A stretch of 26,553 nucleotides of DNA from an archaeon (GTDB lineage: Archaea > Iainarchaeota > Iainarchaeia > Iainarchaeales > CSSED10-239), in NCBI GenBank assembly GCA_035357435.1, contig DAOPNM010000005.1:1-26553 (forward strand), given 5' to 3'. This document shows positions 15,602 to 23,256 of this stretch, in pieces. The stretch's first letter is position 1, and each line of letters opens with the position of its first letter. Made by a program: the position numbers and the translations under genes. The notes beneath the pieces were generated by a model. That model was not told the DNA's origin. It did no database searches and saw nothing but the letters and a program-made list of their open reading frames with translations.

Positions 15602-16435
15602 ATGCAAAAAGATATAAAAAATGGAAAAGGAATCATAATATTATTTGCAATAATTAGTTTAAGTTTTATATTATCATCTAACCTTGTAGTTGCAGATGAT
15701 ATATATGATGGAAACACACAAATAGTAGATGAAAATGTAATAAATGAAGCAATATCAGAAATAGAAACACACGCATCAAGTCAGTTTGCTCTAAAGATTA
15801 GATTTACACAATTACTTGGAACTATTAATCTAAAAATTGAACAAACACAATTAATAATTTCTAAACTACAAGATAATAATATAGATACATCTGCTGTTGA
15901 AGATAAAGTTTCAGAATTAATATCTATCAAAAATGATGTTTTGACAACATTAGAAAGCATAACACCAGATTATAATATAGAAACTCTTGGTGCACAATAT
16001 GTTGCTACTAAACAATCAGCAATGTATGTTATAAAAGAAATAAGAGAATGGAATAATGCAAATGTATCTAAAGAAATAAGAGAAGATATAAAAAAAGAAT
16101 TACAATCTCAAAAAAAAGAATTGAAAACAGAAGATAAATTACAAATAAGAGAACTTGTAAGAGAACATAATGCCCAAATAAAAAACGATTATCAAAAAAC
16201 ATATGAACAATTAAAACAACAAAAAAGGGACATGAACGAAATAAAACAAAACCTAATAGACATTAAACAAGAGCAACTTCAACAACAAAAAATAAAAATG
16301 CAATTTACAAAGGGAAAAATAAAAAGTCAAGCAGAAGTTATGACTAAAGAAAAAATTCAGAATATTAGGGAAATAGTAAATAGAAATATAGAAAAAAATG
16401 ATTTACAAAAACAAAATGCAAAAGGACAAAGGTGA
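15602..16435 (+). CDS. secreted or anchored K/E/Q-rich coiled-coil protein
   Basis: Strong SD AGGAGG. N-terminus MQKDIKNGKG plus hydrophobic IIILFAIISLSFILSSNLVVA. The remainder is heptad-like and highly charged (…KKELQSQKKELKTEDKLQIRELVREH…). Confidence 0.65.
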   Translation: MQKDIKNGKGIIILFAIISLSFILSSNLVVADDIYDGNTQIVDENVINEAISEIETHASSQFALKIRFTQLLGTINLKIEQTQLIISKLQDNNIDTSAVEDKVSELISIKNDVLTTLESITPDYNIETLGAQYVATKQSAMYVIKEIREWNNANVSKEIREDIKKELQSQKKELKTEDKLQIRELVREHNAQIKNDYQKTYEQLKQQKRDMNEIKQNLIDIKQEQLQQQKIKMQFTKGKIKSQAEVMTKEKIQNIREIVNRNIEKNDLQKQNAKGQR

Positions 16436-16441
16436 AAAATT

Positions 16442-16648
16442 ATGAAAAATAAAACAGCAATTATTATAACAATTGTTGCAATAGTTATTATTGTTGCAAT
16501 AATTTTAGCAATATCACCTAATGAATCAAATGAACCTTCTCAAGAAAACTTCGAAGTAGAGCAAATAATCCCTGAAAATGAAATGGAAGGGATTTTAAAT
16601 GAAGAGGTTGAAACGCAACCAATTGATCTTGGAGAACTTATAGAATAA
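16442..16648 (+). CDS. small single-pass membrane protein with an acidic tail
   Basis: 68 aa. MKNKTAIIITIVAIVIIVAIILAI is followed by an E/N/Q-rich tail. GGTGA SD. The start is 6 nt after the stop of 15602..16435, which suggests translational coupling. Confidence 0.55.
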   Translation: MKNKTAIIITIVAIVIIVAIILAISPNESNEPSQENFEVEQIIPENEMEGILNEEVETQPIDLGELIE

Positions 16649-16721
16649 ACATTTTTTTCTTTTTCTTTCTTTTTTTTAAACAAACAACTCTCTTTTTAAA
16701 TAATATTTTCTAAAAATAGAT

Positions 16722-17327
16722 ATGCCACCAAAAGAAATATACATATGTGTTGTTCCAGATTTAGAAACAAATAAAATACTAAAAGAACTACAAGAAGAAA
16801 TAAAAAAGGAAACACAATTAAAACAAAATGATTTTCCTCTACATATTTCCTTGAAAAGCCCATTTTTTATAGAAAATCCAAAAGATTTAGACCAATTAAT
16901 AAAAGATTTACAGGAAAGTTTAAAAGAATATAAACCATTTGAAAGTAAATTAAATAATTTTGATATATTTTCAAATAGAGTTCTTGTTCTTAAAACAGAA
17001 AAAAACAAAGATTTAGAAAAATTAGAAAGAAAAGTTGTAAAGATTGTAAAAAAATACGATTTAAGAAAAAACAAATATTTACAAAATTTAAATAAACTAA
17101 ATGAAAAACAAAAGAAATATTTAGAAAAATATGGGGATTATAAAATATTTGAATACTTTGTTCCACACCTTACTCTAATATTTAATATCCAAAATAAAAA
17201 GCAAAAAATTATGGGAATATTACAGAATACAGAAATAAATATGAAAATAATTGTTAATAAAATAATAATTGTAGACAGAAAAACAAAACAATTTATAAAA
17301 GAAATAAAATTTGGAAGTGGTGACTGA
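16722..17327 (+). CDS. 2H phosphoesterase superfamily protein (LigT/ThpR-like RNA 2',3'-cyclic phosphodiesterase)
   Basis: Two HxS/Tx motifs in the expected contexts: FPLHISLKSPF and VPHLTLIFN, about 115 residues apart. Confidence 0.7.
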   Translation: MPPKEIYICVVPDLETNKILKELQEEIKKETQLKQNDFPLHISLKSPFFIENPKDLDQLIKDLQESLKEYKPFESKLNNFDIFSNRVLVLKTEKNKDLEKLERKVVKIVKKYDLRKNKYLQNLNKLNEKQKKYLEKYGDYKIFEYFVPHLTLIFNIQNKKQKIMGILQNTEINMKIIVNKIIIVDRKTKQFIKEIKFGSGD

Positions 17328-17384
17328 ACAACACTTCCTAATAAACTAATTTTATTTTTAATTTTATTTTTAAAACTTAAAAAC

Positions 17385-17663
17385 TTATTTTGACAAATTA
17401 GATAAAAAATCTGATAATATACCAACTCCTGTTATTGGTTCCCATATGTTTGTTTCGCTATTGTATTTATATAAAGTAGATGTGTCAGAATTAAAGGCCA
17501 ATAACATTGTTGTTGTATTTGATGCATCTATATTAACTAATTTTGCAGATCTCATTGCTTTTCCATTTTCACTTAATGCCCCACTACATAAATAACCGAT
17601 TAAAAGCCCAATAACAAGAGCAACAATTATTAACACAGTTGCATTATTTTTTTCTTTACCCAT
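17385..17663 (-). CDS. small N-terminally anchored protein, paralogue family member 3
   Basis: ATG at 17663 is preceded by GGAGGT-N7. The track start at 17678 is that SD read as codons. The protein starts MGKEKNNATVLIIVALVIGLLIGYLCSG, with an anchor related to GFLIGWLVFGE. Confidence 0.6.
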   Translation of the reverse strand: MGKEKNNATVLIIVALVIGLLIGYLCSGALSENGKAMRSAKLVNIDASNTTTMLLAFNSDTSTLYKYNSETNIWEPITGVGILSDFLSNLSK

Positions 17664-17736
17664 TATTATTACCTCCATTTAGTTTATAAAGTTTATAATA
17701 AAATTTTAAAAAAAATGTTTGAAAGAAAAGGTTCTT

Positions 17737-18336
17737 TTAACGTGAACCCATTGCAATTCTTTCAATTTCATCTTTTCTTTTTAGAGCATAACTTTTAGGA
17801 TCATTCTTAGCAGCAGCAATTAATTCTTCAGCCAATGCTTTAGAAATACCAATTTTTGTACCATATGTTTTACTAAAAACTGCCAATGATATATTTTTTA
17901 ATGCTTCATCTAGTCTTTTAATAGGGGCAACATCAACTGCTTGAGTATGCATTACTCCCCCCTTCTTTATTCTAATTGTGTCTTCTCTAGGGGCACTATT
18001 TTCTATAGCTCTAACTAATATTTGTATAGGATTTTCTTTTGTAACTTTATAAATATAATCAAATGCTTCATCCACTGATTTTAACATTAATTCTTTTTTT
18101 CCACACCCGTTTCGCCCTCTAAGATATTTACCAGAAAGCTTTTTTTTACCTTGCCCAGATCTCATTAATTTATTTACTAATCTTTCTACAACTGATTTTT
18201 TTGCTTTACCTGTTGGCGTAGATTTACTTACACCAAAAGTGTGTGGTATTTCTTTTTCTTGAAATCCCATATATTTTGCAAGACCTAAATCATTGCATTT
18301 AACATCTTGTGTATTCCATTTTCCAAAAACAAGCAT
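17737..18336 (-). CDS. rps7: 30S ribosomal protein S7 (uS7)
   Basis: Archaeal uS7 blocks VERLVNKLM, NPIQILVRAIENSAPRED and GISKALAEELIAAAKND. Conserved position after rps12. Confidence 0.97.
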   Translation of the reverse strand: MLVFGKWNTQDVKCNDLGLAKYMGFQEKEIPHTFGVSKSTPTGKAKKSVVERLVNKLMRSGQGKKKLSGKYLRGRNGCGKKELMLKSVDEAFDYIYKVTKENPIQILVRAIENSAPREDTIRIKKGGVMHTQAVDVAPIKRLDEALKNISLAVFSKTYGTKIGISKALAEELIAAAKNDPKSYALKRKDEIERIAMGSR

Positions 18337-18342
18337 TTAAAA

Positions 18343-18780
18343 TCATCTCTTTGTCTTTTCTTTTTTACCAGTTCTTAACATTTCTAAGGATTGACCATTT
18401 ACTTTAATAACTTTATATCTTACACCCCAAAGATCACCAATTGGTCCACCTTTTCTTCCACCAATCCCTTCAACAGTTACTTGGTCATGTATTTCTATAA
18501 ACTTAATTGCTTTATCTTTAGGTGCAAATGCTGTAATCTCTTCCCCATTTTTAATTAATTTAACTCTAACACATTTTCTAATTGCAGAATTTGGCTGTCT
18601 TGCTTCAACACCTTTTTTATCAATTACAATACCTTTAGCTTGTGGTGCACCTTCTAACAATCCTGCCTTCTTTTTTACTTTATTTTTTCTTTTTGTTCTA
18701 GGATCTTTCTTTTTCCATTTTTTTCTATCTTGCATTAATTTTCTTGCTGCAAATTCACCTTTTGCCATAAACGTCTCCAT
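18343..18780 (-). CDS. rps12: 30S ribosomal protein S12 (uS12)
   Basis: [44 protein letters not shown] and [15 protein letters not shown]. The start could be 18780 or the ATG at 18768. Confidence 0.97.
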   Translation of the reverse strand: METFMAKGEFAARKLMQDRKKWKKKDPRTKRKNKVKKKAGLLEGAPQAKGIVIDKKGVEARQPNSAIRKCVRVKLIKNGEEITAFAPKDKAIKFIEIHDQVTVEGIGGRKGGPIGDLWGVRYKVIKVNGQSLEMLRTGKKEKTKR

Positions 18781-18799
18781 TTTTGTTTTAAATAAAAAA

Positions 18800-19297
18800 T
18801 TATTTCTTTTTAATTTTTATAATATCTTTAAACATTGCATCATCCTTTAATGGAATATCTTCTTCTTCCTTTTTTTTCAAAGCTTTTATTTTTTTTATAT
18901 TTTCTTTCTCTTCCATTATTTTTTGTTTTTTTTCTTTCTTTTCTTTTTTCTTTTGTACTTTTCCAGTAACTTCATTCACAATTGTATCTTTTTCTTCAAC
19001 AACTGAATTAAGTGATGACTCCCCAAAATCATTAATTGTAATAACAGAAACATTAAATGGTTTACCACATACAGATCCTAATTCAAAACCAGATTCAGGA
19101 TAGTGTATACATTTAATGTTTAATAAATCACAATAGTATTCCAATTCTTTTTTTATTATTGATTTCATTGTTTTACTAACAATTAATAATTTAGGGTCAC
19201 CTATTAAACATTCTTTAATTGCTTCTTTAGTGCCATATTTAACTTTACCAGTATCAACTGCAATTCTCAATTGTGTATTAAATAAACTCCAATCCAT
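18800..19297 (-). CDS. rpl30e: 50S ribosomal protein L30e (eL30) with a ~65 aa K/E-rich C-terminal extension
   Basis: [32 protein letters not shown]…[17 protein letters not shown] fits the eL30/L7Ae fold pattern and the conserved operon position. The tail reads [35 protein letters not shown]…. Confidence 0.85.
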   Translation of the reverse strand: MDWSLFNTQLRIAVDTGKVKYGTKEAIKECLIGDPKLLIVSKTMKSIIKKELEYYCDLLNIKCIHYPESGFELGSVCGKPFNVSVITINDFGESSLNSVVEEKDTIVNEVTGKVQKKKEKKEKKQKIMEEKENIKKIKALKKKEEEDIPLKDDAMFKDIIKIKKK

Positions 19298-19394
19298 ATA
19301 TTTTCACATTATTTTATTTTAATTTTATTATGTAAAATTTAATTTTTTTTCTATTTCTTTTAAATATAATGTTTCTAAATATTTAAAAAAAGAA

Positions 19395-20576
19395 CTATTT
19401 TGAACTTTCCTCTTTTTTCTCAATTAACTCTTCTTGTTTTTTCATAATTTTTTGTAAATTTTTTGGATCTAATGTTAATTTAACTGTTCCAGTACCTGCA
19501 GAAATAGGTTGCCCAACAATTATGTTTTCTGTAATTCCTTTTAAATTCTCTGTTTCATGATAAAATGCAGCATTAATTAAATGCTTAACAGTTTCTTCAA
19601 ATGCAGCTCTTGCAAATGGACTTGCTTTTGCACCAGTAATTCCAGTTCTTACAATTCCTTTTACTTTACCAGTATAACACATTAAATCAGCTAAAATATA
19701 AATATGTCTTGGATTTATTGTGATATTGTTTGTATTAAATGTTAATAATAATTCATCAACAATTGCTTTTCTTGCAGCTTCAATACCTAACACTTTATTT
19801 ATTTCCATTATATCGTTTGTAATTGTTCTTTCAGAATCAACTTCTGGCAATTTCAGAACAACAGACAAATTTGTTCCTTTTGTTTTAATAACAAACTCAT
19901 CTTTTTCTTTTACCACAACAACTTTTTCAATGCCTTTTATCCCAAACAATGGAATTTTTTCCCATTTAAGTATTGCCTTTCTAATTGTATAAAGTGGTGT
20001 GCTTTTAGCAAAAGTAAAATTTATATTAGATTTATTTCCTGTAAATCTTTTTGAATCATATGTGTCATTTATTTTGTCATATATTAAATCCATAACTTCT
20101 TCTTTATCTTTTCCAAATTCCTTAAGTTTGTCCTCAGCTATATGAAAAGATGCTTGCTTTTCATCAAAGTCTTCTGTAAAATAACCAACATCATTTAATG
20201 TTATATGAACAAATGTATTTGCAATTTTTATAACTTTATTTTCAGATGTTGCAAACTCTGGCTTAAGATAAATTGTCATTTCTGGATATGCAGTTGTTAA
20301 GCGTGCATCAACAATCTCAATAACTCTTTGAATACCTCTTCCTACAGAAACTTCTAAAGAACCTGCATAGTGTTTTGTTCTTAATGTTAACTGTGTTCCT
20401 GGTTCACCAATAGATTGTGCAGCAATTATGCCCATTGCATCACCAGGTGCAACTAATGCATTATTATATCTGTTTGTTACAATCTCAATTAATTTATTTG
20501 TTTTTGATTTATCAAACTTTTTAGATGCAGCATAACGCTCCACTCTGTCTAAAATTGCTTTTGGTAATTCTTTCAT
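19395..20576 (-). CDS. rpoA2: DNA-directed RNA polymerase subunit A'' (Rpo1C)
   Basis: [28 protein letters not shown] and [23 protein letters not shown] lies upstream of the ATG. Confidence 0.97.
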   Translation of the reverse strand: MKELPKAILDRVERYAASKKFDKSKTNKLIEIVTNRYNNALVAPGDAMGIIAAQSIGEPGTQLTLRTKHYAGSLEVSVGRGIQRVIEIVDARLTTAYPEMTIYLKPEFATSENKVIKIANTFVHITLNDVGYFTEDFDEKQASFHIAEDKLKEFGKDKEEVMDLIYDKINDTYDSKRFTGNKSNINFTFAKSTPLYTIRKAILKWEKIPLFGIKGIEKVVVVKEKDEFVIKTKGTNLSVVLKLPEVDSERTITNDIMEINKVLGIEAARKAIVDELLLTFNTNNITINPRHIYILADLMCYTGKVKGIVRTGITGAKASPFARAAFEETVKHLINAAFYHETENLKGITENIIVGQPISAGTGTVKLTLDPKNLQKIMKKQEELIEKKEESSK

Positions 20577-20600
20577 AATTATTCCTCACACACAAATTTA

Positions 20601-20619
20601 TGTCCAAAAAATATTGTGT
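20601..20619 (+). repeat. dispersed intergenic motif copy TGTCCAAAAAATATTGTGT
   Basis: It lies in the 76-nt rpoA1-rpoA2 spacer. Confidence 0.55.
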
Positions 20620-20652
20620 TATCCATTTTTCACAAACGCTTATTTCCTAAAA

Positions 20653-23238
20653 CTATTCATGGAAGAAATTTATATTTTTTCCAAGATATGCCTTTTCTGG
20701 TGACAATCCATCATCTCCGTAAATGTATTGAATTATTTCTCCATTAGAAGTGCGAACACTCAAATCATCTCCAACAGTTAAATCTTTTAATGCATTTGCT
20801 AATCTTCTATAAAGATAACCAGAGACTTTTGTAGCAACAGCTGTATCAACTTCACCTTGTCTACCACCAATTGAATGTATAAAATATTCTTTTGGTGATA
20901 ATCCATAAAAGAAATTATTTTTAACAAATCCATAATCTACTAAAGATTTTGTTCCTTTCACATTAATACTTAAAAATCTATCATAAAAACCTGCTTTTGG
21001 TCTTCCTGTCCTAACAGTTACGACACCCCACAACCCAAGCATGTTTACAAGATTTAAAAGCTTACCACGAGAGCCCCCAATACTTGCAAGTAAAGTTGTG
21101 TTATTGTTTATTGGATATATACTGTTTTCAATTTCATCTAATTTAATATCTAAAATTTTTTGTGAAATTTCTTCTTTCATTTGTCCTGCAGCATTAATTA
21201 TTTCAGATTCAAATGTTTCATCTAAACTTTTACCAGGAAATAATGGCAATGTTTTGTTTTCATATTTCTTTATAATACCATTAGTTTGGGCAATTACCTC
21301 TTTTACTTTTGTATCAATTTCTGTTTTTAATATCTCTGGTGTGTTATATTCATCTAATGCAACAGTTAAACCTTTTTTTGTAATTGTATAAAATACAAGT
21401 TTAGACAACTTATAATAAAAATCAACCAAGGCTTCTGGTGGGTAATGCCTAATCAAAACTTCAATTAAGTTCCTTTTTTTAGACATTCTTTCATCTAATA
21501 CCCCTGATAAAATAATTCCATTTTTAATTCTTAAATAACAATCATATTTCTCTATATCTTTTTTTGTAACCTTTCCTTTTGCCTGATTTATAAGAGAATA
21601 TAATTTATTAGGATATTCTATATTTAGATCTTTTGGCAAAATTTGTGAGGCAATTAATTTACCAGAATATCTGCCTTTTGGCCTATCTGCTTTTGGTAAC
21701 TCTGTAATCCCTATAGAATACAACATTTCCATGGCTTCTTCTTTTGAAAATTCTGTATCTTTTCGTGTTAAAAGATAAGCACCTGAAACTAAATCTTCTG
21801 CAGGTGTAATTATTGGTCCACCATTTCTCATACTTAAAGTTAATTTGTTTAACATCATTAAATTATCAATTTCAGCTAATGCTGTTTCACTTTGTGGAAC
21901 ATGCATATTCATTTCATCCCCATCATAATCTGCATTATATGGAGGAGTAGAAATAGGATTTAATCTAAATGTTTTTCCTGGTAATACTTTTACTTTATGA
22001 CCCATTATAGATGCCTTATGCAAAGTTGGTTGTCTATTAAATATTACAATATCTCCATCTTTTAATTTTCTTTTAATAGTAGAGCCTTCTTCTAATGTTT
22101 CTATAATATCGTCTGCAATATCAGGAGTAACTATTTTTCTTCTACCTGTTTTTGTAATTATATAACTTACATCACCTTCTTTTATATAATTCTTACACTT
22201 ATTAATATTCCAATAAGTTACTTTCTCAGGAATTGTTAAAGAATCTGCAATTTGTTTAGGCACACCTAATTCATCAATTTTTATATCTGTAGATGGAGTT
22301 ATTGTTGATCTTGCAGCAGCATTTACTCTTTTTCCAATCAAATTATATCTTAGTCTTCCTTTTTTACCTTTTAATCTTTGTGCCAATGTATTTAATGGTC
22401 TTCCTGATCTGTGTTTTGCAGAAGGCAAGCCAGAAGTTTCATTATCAAAATATGCAGTAACATTATATTGTAATAAATCCCAAAGATCTTCAATAATAAT
22501 TTGTGGAGCACCTGCTTTTATATTCTCTTGTAATCTTATATTTATTCTTACAATGTTTAATAACATATGTGTTAAATCACTTTCTGCAGTAACAACATTT
22601 TCTAATGCCAAAGATGGCCTTATAGTTACTGGAGGTATTGGCAAAACTGTTAAAATAAACCATTGTGGTTTTAGAGTTTCAGAATATCCAAATAAAAACA
22701 AATCATTTGCTGGAATTTTATTTAACCAATCCATTATATCAGAAGGATAAAAACGTTCCTGATTTAAATAAAAATTAGTTGGTTTATCTATTGTTATTTT
22801 TGGTTTCTCTGCACCACAATGTGGACATTTTTTTACATCTTTTGTTAAATTAATTATTTCTTTTGTAGATCTATCTACATCTCCAGCTAATTTCATTATT
22901 CTTTGAAGTTCATTATCATCTAGTAATATTCTCCCACATTCTTTACAAGTACATTGCAATAAAATTAAAAGTTTATCAGAAAACTTTGCATGAATTACTG
23001 GCCTTATTAGTTCCATATGTCCAAAATGTCCTGGGCAATCATGCATATTTTGCCCACATGTTTTACATCTTAAACCAGGAGAAATAACACCTAAATGTAA
23101 ATCCATCAATCCTCTTTCAATTGGATATCCATCTTTATCATAAATCTCTGCTCTTGTAATTTCAATAGCAGACATTTTTCTAATCATGTCATGGCTTAAT
23201 ACACCAAATTCAATACTTTTTATTTTTTTTGTTGCCAT
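20653..23238 (-). CDS. rpoA1: DNA-directed RNA polymerase subunit A' (Rpo1N)
   Basis: Zn motifs CKTCGQNMHDCPGHFGH, catalytic YNADYDGDEMNMH, and RQPTLHKASIMGH. Confidence 0.98.
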   Translation of the reverse strand: MATKKIKSIEFGVLSHDMIRKMSAIEITRAEIYDKDGYPIERGLMDLHLGVISPGLRCKTCGQNMHDCPGHFGHMELIRPVIHAKFSDKLLILLQCTCKECGRILLDDNELQRIMKLAGDVDRSTKEIINLTKDVKKCPHCGAEKPKITIDKPTNFYLNQERFYPSDIMDWLNKIPANDLFLFGYSETLKPQWFILTVLPIPPVTIRPSLALENVVTAESDLTHMLLNIVRINIRLQENIKAGAPQIIIEDLWDLLQYNVTAYFDNETSGLPSAKHRSGRPLNTLAQRLKGKKGRLRYNLIGKRVNAAARSTITPSTDIKIDELGVPKQIADSLTIPEKVTYWNINKCKNYIKEGDVSYIITKTGRRKIVTPDIADDIIETLEEGSTIKRKLKDGDIVIFNRQPTLHKASIMGHKVKVLPGKTFRLNPISTPPYNADYDGDEMNMHVPQSETALAEIDNLMMLNKLTLSMRNGGPIITPAEDLVSGAYLLTRKDTEFSKEEAMEMLYSIGITELPKADRPKGRYSGKLIASQILPKDLNIEYPNKLYSLINQAKGKVTKKDIEKYDCYLRIKNGIILSGVLDERMSKKRNLIEVLIRHYPPEALVDFYYKLSKLVFYTITKKGLTVALDEYNTPEILKTEIDTKVKEVIAQTNGIIKKYENKTLPLFPGKSLDETFESEIINAAGQMKEEISQKILDIKLDEIENSIYPINNNTTLLASIGGSRGKLLNLVNMLGLWGVVTVRTGRPKAGFYDRFLSINVKGTKSLVDYGFVKNNFFYGLSPKEYFIHSIGGRQGEVDTAVATKVSGYLYRRLANALKDLTVGDDLSVRTSNGEIIQYIYGDDGLSPEKAYLGKNINFFHE

Positions 23239-23256
23239 GTTATATCAACCTTATAT

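Noticed and set aside
17349-17372. The tandem 12-mer ATTTTATTTTTA x2 between the convergent 2H phosphoesterase and small anchored-protein genes.
   Set aside because: It is probably just oligo-T terminator sequence for the + strand gene. It is not distinctive enough to list as a finding.
15239-17425. ORFs 15239..15505(-), 16676..17074(-) and 17138..17425(-).
   Set aside because: They are antisense to the wHTH regulator and the 2H phosphoesterase, or span a terminator-like spacer. They are hydrophobic and low-complexity, and the sense-strand genes have clear domain motifs.
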